From Podarcis filfolensis (lineage: Eukaryota): 64,000 nucleotides of DNA. Below the pieces are notes generated by a model. It had not been told where the DNA came from. It searched no databases and was given only the letters and a program-made list of their open reading frames with translations. Below are positions 26,426 to 36,731 of this stretch, in pieces. The stretch lies in NCBI GenBank assembly GCA_964270895.1, contig OZ185441.1, one strand, 5' to 3'. The stretch's first letter is position 1, and each line of letters begins with the position of its first letter. The translations under genes and the position numbers were made by a program.

Positions 26426-26445
26426 GAAGACAACAATTTGTGGCT

Positions 26446-28812
26446 ATGCTTGCAATGGTTGCCTGGCAGAATGATTCGGTGGCAAAGCAGCTCCTGCAGC
26501 TGCTTCTCCTCCACGCAGCCTGGATGGTGGGGAGCGGCCAGCTCCATTATTCTGTGCCGGAGGAATCCCAGCACGGCACCTTTGTGGGCCGCATTGCCCA
26601 GGATCTGGGGCTGGAGGTGGAGGAGCTGGTGCCTCGGATGTTCCGGATGATGTCCAAAGGACAGGAGGACTATTTTGAGGTAAATGTGCAGAATGGGATC
26701 TTGTTTGTGAATTCCCGGATAGACAGGGAGGAGCTGTGTGCTAAGAATCTTGAATGTGCCGTTCACCTGGAGGTGATTGTGGACAAACCTCTGAGGGTTT
26801 TCCATATAGAGGTGGAGATCAGGGACATAAATGACAATGCTCCCATTTTCTCTGCAAGTGAACAAATTCTGAGCATAGCAGAAATTATAACAGCACCTGG
26901 CACCAGATTCCCTTTAGAGGGGGCTTCTGATGCAGATATCGGCAGTAATGCTCTGCTAACCTACAAGCTCAGGCCCAATGACTATTTCATTGTAGAACAG
27001 AAAACTGGTGACCAGCACATTAAACCCTTAGCAATTGTTTTAAAGAAGCCATTGGACAGGGAAGAGGCTCCTGTGCACCGTCTTTCACTCACAGCCACTG
27101 ATGGAGGCAAACCAGAGCTCACAGGCACAGTCCAGCTGGTGATTAATGTGCTAGATGCAAATGACAACCCTCCTGTATTTAACCAATCAGTTTACAAGGT
27201 AACATTATTGGAAAATGCAGCTACTGGAACATTGGTTATTAAGCTGAATGCCACTGATTTAGATGAAGGAATTAATAAGGAGATCTCCTATTCTTTTACT
27301 AACCATGTGCCACTAAATTTCCAAAAGATTTTTACCATAAATTCCAATACTGGGGAAATAATGGTAAATGGAAGAATTGATTTTGAAGAAATTAGTGTAT
27401 ATGATCTTCAGATTGTGGCAGAAAATAAAGGCAACCTTCCTTTGTCTGGACATTGCCAAGTGATAATTGAGGTGCTGGATGTGAATGATAATGCCCCAGA
27501 GGTGTCAGTCTCATCCCTCTCTGTGCCAGTGCCAGAGGACTCCCCACTGGGGACAGTGGTAGCCTTAATCAGTGTCTCAGACAGGGACTCTGGGGCCAAT
27601 GGCCAAGTAAGCTGTTCACTGTGGCCTCCTGGGCTTCCCTTCAAACTGGCGTCCACGTTCAAGAACTACTACTCATTAGTAGTGTCTGAACTCCTGGATC
27701 GGGAGCAGGTAGCCGAGTATAAGTTGATGGTGATGGCCCAGGACCAAGGTGTTCCACCACTGTCAGCTAGTGGTAGCTTATTAGTTCCAATTAGTGACAT
27801 AAATGACAATGCACCCACTTTTGCACAACCCTCCTACACGGTCTTTGTGAAGGAGAACAACCCACCTGGTGCTCACATCTTCACAGTGTCTGCTTCAGAC
27901 CCAGATGTGGCTGAGAACAGCCTGATCAGCTACTGGATTGATGAGAAGCTTTGGCCCCTGACAAGCTACATCTCGGTGCACTCAGAGAGTGGGAAGGTCT
28001 ATGCCTTGCAGCCCTTGGACTATGAAGAGCTGAAGCTGCTGGAGTTCCAAGTGAGGGCCAAGGATGCTGGGCTGCCCTCCCTGTGTGGCAATGTGACTAT
28101 TCAGGTCTTTGTGGTCGATGAGAATGACAACGCACCTGCAGTGTCAGGGACAACAGAAGAGAACCCCATTCTCCTAGTGCTTCCTATGGGGTCTGGGCAC
28201 ACAGTGGGCAAGATCCATGCTCTGGATGCTGACTCAGGATACAATGCATGGCTGCGATATGAACTGCATGAGGTGACAAGTGGACCATGGCGTGTGGGCC
28301 TGTATAGTGGAGAGATCAGTACCATACGTGCTGTAGATGAGGCAGAAGTCAGCAGAAGTCAGAGCCTGCTGGTTTTGGTGAAAGATCATGGGAAGCCTCA
28401 ACTCTCAACCACAGCCACATTGAGTGTGTCACTGGTAACCAGTGCGCAGGCCATCAAAACGGATACCCGCCTTTCCAGGACAGGTGAAAGCCCAAAGTCT
28501 TTGGTGGACAATGTCAATGTCTACCTGATCATTGCCATCTGCTCCGTGTCCAGCTTGTTCCTCCTAGCAGTAATCTTTTACGTGGCCTTGCGATGCCGTT
28601 GCCAGGCGAAGGAGGCCATGGTGTATGGTCCTGGCACAGCCACACTGGTATGTGCCAGTGAGGTGGGCAGCTGGTCCTATTCAAATCGTCACAGCCACAT
28701 CCTGGCAGGTGTGAGCGGGGAGGCTGGAGCCAAGAGTGACCTCATGGTCTTCAGCCCCAACATTCCTACTTCTGCTGATAATGGGAAGCAGCAGGACCTG
28801 CTCTGTGCAACG
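26446..28812 (+). CDS. PCDHA: Protocadherin-alpha variable exon V4
   Basis: 789 codons from the first ATG (26446; the track start 26440 is GTG). Alpha signatures. Phase-0 donor ACG|GTTAGT at 28812/28813. Confidence 0.93.
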
Positions 28813-29229
28813 GTTAGTATCTGACTTGGTTTCTTCTCTCTCTCAGCCATTGTTCAGTCTCCATAACATTGAATAAGAATATATCCTAGTTATTCAATAT
28901 TGAATTTGAAATTTTCTTTGTTGAACTTAATTTTGTAAGCGTCCACATTGAATTGCAAATGGATAGTTTATGAGAAACATGTATTCCCCCCTCTTCAATT
29001 CAATTTTACTGGTGTTTTCTTCCTGAGAATTATTTTTATTTGTTTATTGACTAAGTATACACTTAAAATAATAAAAGTTACTAAATGGCTAACATAAACA
29101 TAGTAAAAATGCAGTAGCATTCAATAAAATATTCCTAAAAGCTGGTTAAAAATGAAATAAAAACACAACACAACTGTATATGTCACATAAAACTGAGCAG
29201 TGTGCAAAATAACTTTTTTAAAAAATTGA

Positions 29230-30405
29230 GTCAGAGCCCAGGAAATATTGGGCAAATTTTAAAGGAGGAATTTAAAAGTAATCACTTCGTCTACCTGAGA
29301 GAAGGTGTTCAGAGGGTAGGTGCTATCACATAGAGGGCCATCTTCTGCATTGTCACCAAGTGACTATTCACTAGTCAGGAGATCTTAGATTGACTTGGAC
29401 TGTACTTGGGGAGGTGGCCTGGCAGGCGACTTTGTTCAAAGCTATTTAGAGTGGTAAATGTCAGCATAAAAACCTTGAACTTGGCTCAGGAGTTAATAGG
29501 CAGCTAGCTGAGATATTTCAGCGTTGGTGTAATATTTTCAAAGTTAGGTGTTCCACGAAGCACCCAAGCAGCTTCATTTTGAGATAACTGTGGTTTCCAA
29601 ATCAGGCACAAGACTAGCCCGACGTGCAGTACAATACAGTTATCTAATAATGATATTAGATGTATGGGCCACTGTAGCAAAGCTATCCCTGTCTGGGAAT
29701 AGTCATAGTTAGTATACCAGCTAAGTTATTAATGGATGATCTGAGGCCAACTTGGCCTCCAGTTATAGAGGTGGATCTAGAACACCTCTAACTATGTACT
29801 TGCTGCCTCTGGGGGAGTGAAATCCCTTACATAGGTGGTACGCAACCCAATTCTCAGACCTGGAAACCACCCATCTATAGGATCACCATCTTGTCAGGAT
29901 TCAGTCACAGTTTAATAGCCTTCATTCAATCCATAAGTGCATCCAGTGATTTGTTTAGGAAACACACAACTTCAGCTGTCACAGAGTTGTGTCTCATCAG
30001 CATACTGGCTCCAAATCTCCTAATGACTATCCCCAGTGGTTTCATATAGCTATTAAATAGCATTGGGGAAGAGATTGTGTCCTGTGGGATTCCACAGATC
30101 AACTGCCACGGGGCTGAGGCACAGTCACCCAATATGATTCTGGAACTGACCCCACAAGTAGAAGTGGCATGACCATTAAACAGTGCATTCAGTCCTCAAA
30201 ACATGGAGGTGGTCCAGGAGGACACTATGGTCCATGGTATCAAAAGCCATGGAGAGATCCAGGAGAATCGACAGAGTCCTATTTCTTTGTCCTTTTCCCA
30301 AAGGAGGTAATCTGTAAGGGCGACCGTGACTGATTCTGTCCCAAAATCAAGCCTGAACCCAGAGTGGAATGGGCCAAGATAGTTCCATCCAAGAGCACCA
30401 GAATT
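29230..30405 (-). mobile_element. L2-clade LINE RT and 3' fragment, degraded
   Basis: Minus-strand translation CGIPQDTISSPMLFNSYMKPLGIVIRRFG corresponds to the RT motif GVPQGS.LSP.LFN.YM.PL. Upstream LLDLSMAFDT-like motif. Confidence 0.75.
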
Positions 30406-31483
30406 CTCAATATGATGCCTTCTTTACAACATTTATTGCCAATGCATTAGTTCCAGAAATTAGTAGCTTACTTCTAAGTAAGAATGCATAGGATTGTAGC
30501 AATGATGACAAAAGTGGAAATGCTTCAGAGTAAACCACAAACCAAATATTCAATCTACTTCATTCTTTTATTTATTTACTTACCATTATTTCTTGACGAT
30601 CCTGTACAACAAAGCCCTCAGGGCAGGTCATAGCAAGCAATTAAAACATTTAAAATTCAACAACAATAAAAGTGTATATATGTGTGTGTGTATTATATAT
30701 ATATATATATATACACACAGCACAAAAACACAAGTCCGAGTCAAAAGCAGTGCCTTGATTAATGGGAGGCTGGGGTTCAGTTCTTTGTATCAGAATTGGA
30801 TAAGGATCCCACCAATTTGGAATGTTCTAGAGGACAACAAGCAGGAGTATGAAAAGTCTTGAAGGAAATCATATATAAATGAGAAGGAAGAAACTGCTTA
30901 TGTTTGTCATACGTGAAACAAAATTTAATCTCATTTTGTTAGATTGCCTGGACAGATTATGGAATCCATTTCAAATGAAGCTTTCAAGAAACATCCCTGC
31001 TTCTGGGCAGACAACTCGAGGCTATTAAGACATTCAACTATATATAGACAGCTCACATAAAGGGGAGACCTTGCACTTGTGCAAACTTTAGACGCGTAGG
31101 CTTGTTTGCTCCCTGCCAAAAGAGTTGCCAGTTGCACACAGACTGCATGTACAGTTTTGTACAGCATGTGCAGACATAACATGGAGTGCTTGGTGATCAG
31201 TGGTGTGGCTTGCCAGAATGACACTAAAATCCTGTTCTCGTCAATCCTTCTTCATTGTACACAGTTTGAAATCTGCATAGCGCTTAGATCAAATTATCTT
31301 AGTTGTAGGAAGATTCTTTGCTTTTATTTCTTTATAGTGATTTCTTTTAAGATTATTTATACCAACATTGTTTAAATGCCTGTGGAATGAATAGTTCAAC
31401 AACAGTTTCAGTTTATTTGGTCTGTAGACCAAAACACATCAGATACAGTCTGTTGTATTTACCAAGGTTGCTAGGACAGACAT

Positions 31484-31831
31484 AAAGGTAAAGGTAAAGG
31501 GACGCCTGACCATTAGGTCCAGTCGTGACTGACTCTGGGGTTGCGGCGCTCATCTCGCTTTATTGGCCGAGGGAGCCGGCGTACAGGTTCTGGGTCATGT
31601 GGCCAGCATGACTAAGCCGCTTCTGGCAAACCAGAGCAGCACACAGAAACGCCGTTTACCTTCCCACCGGAGCGGTACCTATTTATCTACTTGCACTTTG
31701 ACGTGCTTTCGAACTGCTAGGTTGGCAGGAGCAGGGACCAGGCAACGGGAGCTCACCCCTTCATGGGGATTCGAACCACCGACCTTCTGATCGGCAAGTC
31801 CTAGGCTCTGTGGTTTAACCCACATCGCCAC
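31484..31831 (-). mobile_element. Sauria SINE (Squam1-type), near full length
   Basis: AAAGGTAAAGGTAAAGGGAC tail (reverse) and intact B box GGTTCGAATCC (31767-31777, minus). Matches the copy at 4827-5172. Confidence 0.9.
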
Positions 31832-32113
31832 ATAGCAGAGTGAAAAAAGGACAATACACTAGCAAGCAATTTGGAACAACACAAAGCATTTTGACTTGAA
31901 TCTCGGGTTCCTTTTAATAATTGTGACTTGGTTTGATGGCTACAGCAAGGAACTTGGCTATACTTCCTGTGACCATAGGGTTGGAATCTGCCATTAAAAC
32001 TGAAACATGGAATTCACCTGAGTTCCCCAAGTGTAGAGTAAGTACCTGAAGATAAACTGTGATATTTATTCTGTGAACTGCCCTGAGATCTTACGATGAA
32101 GGGTGGTATATAG

Positions 32114-32157
32114 AAACAAACAAACAAACAAACAAACAAACAAACAAACAAACAAAC
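32114..32157. repeat. (AAAC)11 microsatellite, probably the tail of an L2-type 3' end
   Basis: Pure repeat preceded by GAACTGCCCTGAGATC...GAAGGGTGGTATATAG, an L2-tail-like sequence. Confidence 0.85.
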
Positions 32158-32684
32158 CCTATGAACATTATAATATAACAGAACATTGGCTACTATTTCA
32201 TCTGAGCTGCTTTCACAAGGGCAAGATTGCCAAGGCAGCCTTGTGAATTCACCTTCCATAACTGCTGGTGGCAAAGCATTGAACTAGCCACTCTTTCGTT
32301 ACCGTAATGTTGCTATATGCCTAGCAGGCTGATAATCACCCCTATGTTGTAGACCAAGGTACAGTGCAGTGGTGAGCCAACCCCATTTGGTAGAGTTGAT
32401 AAACAAAGACCTAGAAGTGGTGCAGCCAGTTTTTTCTAACCCAAGTGGCAGAAGATGGTGTAGAAAATAGTGAGAGCTGTTAACTTAGTCATTAACAAAT
32501 TTCAGCCAAGAGCAAGCATAATCTTCAACCAAAGCCAGAGACAGGTAGCCCACATCTGTTGAGGATAACTGCACATGAAGCCAGTAACCAATGGCAAGGG
32601 ACAATGCTATTTTTCCCCTAAGTCTACTTACTCTTCTGGTATGGCAGCATTGTGGGCTGGTGATGTCTCATTTCACTGGGATCC

Positions 32685-32932
32685 GGATGTGAGGGCGATC
32701 TGGCTGTAACATCTGTCACCCTATTGATCTCCAGGGTTGATTCGGCTGATCTGGCTGGCTAGCTGGGTGTTCCCTTCCTCCCTTACCACTCCGTGTGCAT
32801 CCCTCCCGAAGCTGCGTGCTCGGTGGAAGAGGATGATAAACCCAGATAGAAGGAGTGTACCATTCTTCGGTGAAGGGTATACAATAGCTGTGCTCCCCTG
32901 CTAGAACCTCCAAACAAGCTCAAGGTCCATTT
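32685..32932 (+). pseudogene. RN7SK: 7SK snRNA retrocopy, 3'-truncated and tailless, with 16-bp TSD
   Basis: Starts at 7SK nt 1 (GGATGTGAGGGCGATCTGGCTG...GGGTTGATTCGGCTGATCTGGCTGGCTAG...CTAGAACCTCCAAACAAGCTCAAGGTCCATTT). TSD CATTTCACTGGGATCC at 32669-32684 and 32928-32943. Many CpG-decay changes; no 3' hairpin or U tail. Confidence 0.92.
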
Positions 32933-34142
32933 CACTGGGATCCAACAGGGCTCAGGCTGCTGCGGACTGCCCTGATGGACTAGGATTTCAGCTCCAAGCT
33001 TGCCGCAAAATTGGCCAATGGCAGGCAGACTTGGAGGCAAGCTCCTCCTTGGGGGCAGGCCTGATGGAGCACGTAGACTCCACTCCCAGGATACTTAAGG
33101 AGGCCTGCCCCAGTCCCACCACCTGGGTTTGCGTTAATAGGTATGCACACTATCTCCATTGTTCAACTGCCTCTGTGAATGAATGTGGTCAAGAATTGGT
33201 TCTGTGAAGAAGTGATTTTTGGAAATTCCATTGAATGTGACTTTTAGACAATTGTATACAAATAATCTCTAATGTTTGCCTACTAAAGACAACCACATCT
33301 CCATGTGGTAAGGTTTTCTACTGCATATTTGTTTTGTCACCTGTATTAAAGAAAGAGGGTAATAATTTTTTTCCCCTGTAGCAAATTCCAATGTGTGTTG
33401 GGAGCCTTATCACATCACCACAGTTTTTGATCTGTTTTAGTATTTGTGACAGGTGACATGAAGTAAGAATACTTTCTCCCTAAACTATAGTGTCTCTTGA
33501 CTAGAGTTGTGTCCCAAGGAACAGCTTCCCTTCCCTACTTTTTCCTCTATGACTACTAAATCTGAAATTTAAGATTTTAAATCCAAATCTGAGAGGGTTT
33601 TCAGTTGGGGGAACTTTTGTAAAATAACAAAAAAACATTCATGGATAATCTAAATTAAGAGAAAGAGCTGGTTTCAAATGCTTAATAGCAAAATATCAGA
33701 GGACTCCGAAGGTTTAAAAGCAAGGCAAGTTTGTTTAAAAAGCTTGAACTTGCTCCTGAAAATGAAAGTAACTCTACTATTGAGCTGAAGCACAGTCTCT
33801 TTACTCTAAGTAGCAATGGAACCACTATAAAACAGTGCCTCCTATACCTAAGCTAGCAATGTCCATTACTTTAAATGGGTCTACTCTGAGTAGGGCCAGC
33901 ATTGTAAAATAGAAACGGTACAAAGAGCTGTATGGGTAATAGTTACTCTTCTGAAGGAATAAGCCATTATATATTTTAAAATTCCTATACTTAGTGGAAG
34001 ATCTTTCTGTTCTTATTTTAAGAAGCCTAGTTTACCTGGAGTTCCAAAATTTCTATTTTGAAAAATAAACTAAACATTATGTAGCAGAAGAATACATTTA
34101 TTCTACTAGTCAGAAGAAGTACTGTGCAACCAAAAACATTTC

Positions 34143-34166
34143 AACACAAGGGGGAGCCATTGACTA
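34143..34166 (+). promoter_or_regulatory. CSE/CTCF-type promoter element of V5
   Basis: AACACAAGGGGGAGCCATTGACTA, 213 bp upstream of the ATG. CTCF-like core ACACAAGGGGGAGC at the CSE position. Confidence 0.65.
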
Positions 34167-34355
34167 ACAAGACCATTTCTGAAAGGACACGCTCCTCCCT
34201 CTGACTAGATAAAAAATCTGCCTCTTCCTTCATTGGAAAACCTTCGATCCTCAATGTAAAAGGACCGGCATTGACTCCTTTCTATCCAGGTCAGTCAACA
34301 TTTGCTCAGTTATAGCCAGGTAATTTATAACAGATCATCAGTACTTGCATTTGCT

Positions 34356-36731
34356 ATGCCTTTTCTGCAAAGAGATTTCCAGGTGACAATGAAGCTGCTG
34401 CAGCTGATTGTGTTCCACAAAGCCTGGTTGATGGGGAGCGGCCAGCTCCATTATTCTGTGCCTGAGGAATCCCAGCATGGCACCTTTGTGGGCCGCATCA
34501 CTCAGGATCTGGGGCTGGAGGTGGGAGAGCTCATGCCTCGGATGTTCCGGATGGTTTCCAAAGACCACAAGGATTATTTAGAGGTAAATGTGCAAAATGG
34601 GATCTTGTTTGTTAGTTCCCGGATAGACAGGGAGGAGCTTTGCAGCAAGAATCCTGTGTGCACCATTCACTTGGAGGTGATCCTGGATAAGCCCCTTCGG
34701 GTTTTTCATGTGGAAGTGGAGATCAGGGATATAAATGACAATGCTCCTGTTTTCTCGGAGGGCGAGGAGATTTTGAGTGTCGCAGAGTCAACACTGCCAG
34801 GTGCTCATTTCCCTCTAGAGGGAGCCTCAGATGCAGATGTTGGTGCTAATGCTCAACTGAAGTACAAGCTCAACTCCACAGAATATTTTGTTGTTGAAGA
34901 GAAAATCAACGACAGGCACAGTAAATCATTAGTGCTTGTGTTAAAGAAACCTGTGGACAGAGAAAAAATCCCTGTGCATCGTTTAGTGCTAACAGCTACT
35001 GATGGGGGTCAACCAGAACTCACAAGCACCGTTCATCTTGAGATCACTGTGATTGATGCAAATGACAATGCACCTGTATTTAATCAATCTGTTTATAAGG
35101 TGAAATTGTTAGAAAATGTGGCAGATGGAACATTGGTTATTCATCTCAATGCAACAGACTTAGATGAAGGAAGTAACAAGGAAATCACCTACTATTTCAG
35201 TAAGCATGTTTCTCCCAATGTAAAAAAGACATTCAGTATAGATTCAGTTACAGGTGAGATTAGGGTAAAAGGAAAAGTGGATTACGAAGATATCAATCTG
35301 TATGATATTGAAATTGAGGCGAAAGACAAAGGAACCCCTCCTCTCTCAGGGCACTGCAATGTCATCATAGAAATAATGGACGTAAATGACAACATCCCGG
35401 AAGTATCAGTGACATCGCTATCAGTACCTGTCTCAGAGGACTCCCCACTGGAGTCAGTGGTGGCCCTAATCAGTGCCTCAGACAAGGACGCTGGCACCAA
35501 TGGACAAGTAAACTGCTCTCTGTGGCCTCCTGGGCTCCCCTTTAAGCTGGTATCCACTTTCAAGAATTACTACTCCCTGGTGCTAAATGAACCTCTGGAT
35601 CGAGAAAAGGTTGCAGAATACAAACTAGTTGTAACAGCAAGAGACCAAGGGGACCCACCCTTGTCAGCCAGCAGCACCCTGGTTGTGCCCATCGGTGATG
35701 TGAACGACAATGCACCTGCTTTTACTCAGACTTCCTACACAGTTTTTGTGAAAGAGAACAACCCACCTGGTGCCCACATCTTTACGGTGTCTGCCTCAGA
35801 TCCAGATATAGCTGAGAATGCTCTGGTCACCTACTGGATAGATGAGAACCTCTGGCCACTGTCAAGCTACATCTCGGTACACTCAGAAAGTGGGAATGTC
35901 TATGCTTTGCAGCCCTTGGATTATGAGGAACTGAAGCTGCTGGAGTTCAAAGTGAGTGCAAAGGACGCCGGATTGCCCTCCTTGCACAGCAATGTGATGG
36001 TGCAGGTCTTTGTGGTGGATGAAAATGATAACGCCCCAACAGTATCTGGGCCAGAGCACACTCCCATCTTGCTGGTGATCCCTTTGGTTGCTGGACAGAT
36101 GGTAGGCAAGATCCGTGCTCTGGATGCTGACTCAGGCTACAATGCATGGCTTCACTATGAGCTGCATGAGTCAACTAGCGGTCCTTGGCGGGTGGGCCTA
36201 TATAGTGGGGAGATCAGCACCACCCGTGTTTTGAATGAGATGGAGGGTGATGCTGGCAGCCAGAATCTGCTGGTACTGGTGAAGGATCATGGCAAGCCAA
36301 TGCTGTCAACCACAGCCACCCTGAGTGTGTCACTGGTGGTCAGTGCTCAGGCCATCCACACAGATGGCTACCATTCTAGAGCAGGAGGGAGCTCAAAGCC
36401 GCTTGAAGAGAACAAAAATGTCTACCTGATCATTGCCATCTGCTCAGTTTCCACATTGTTTCTGCTGGCAATCATTGTGTATATGGCTCTGCGATGCCAG
36501 TGTCAACCCAAGGAGCCCGTGATGTATGGCCCTGGCACAGCCACATTGGTTTGTGCCAGCGAAGTGGGCAGCTGGTCCTATTCAAATCGCCACAGCCATA
36601 TCCTGGCAGCTCCAGCTGGGGAGGCTGGTGCCAAGAATGACCTCATGGTTTTTACCCCCAACATCCCTGCCTTTATGGAGAATGGAGAGCTTGGGAATGG
36701 GAAGGAAATGGCTCCAACCTCATCTGGACAG
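34356..36731 (+). CDS. PCDHA: Protocadherin-alpha variable exon V5
   Basis: 792 codons from the first ATG (34356; the track start 34302 is TTG). Phase-0 donor CAG|GTAAGT at 36731/36732. Confidence 0.93.
34812..34825 (+). promoter_or_regulatory. Exonic CTCF-like site in V5 EC2
   Basis: CCTCTAGAGGGAGC, one mismatch to the V1/V8 version. Confidence 0.5.

Noticed and set aside
4841-31790. Two similar ORFs starting MAEGAGVQ (4841-5095 minus, 31563-31790 plus)
   Set aside because: Both lie inside Sauria SINE copies, so this is repeat similarity, not a gene family.
4827-31831. Inverted Sauria SINE pair flanking V2-V4 as an RNA-looping device
   Set aside because: 26 kb apart and the family is high-copy; one inverted pair out of two copies is expected by chance.
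32685-32932. Functional 7SK gene
   Set aside because: 3'-truncated, no U terminator, flanked by a TSD, CpG-decayed, and no recognisable upstream PSE/TATA.
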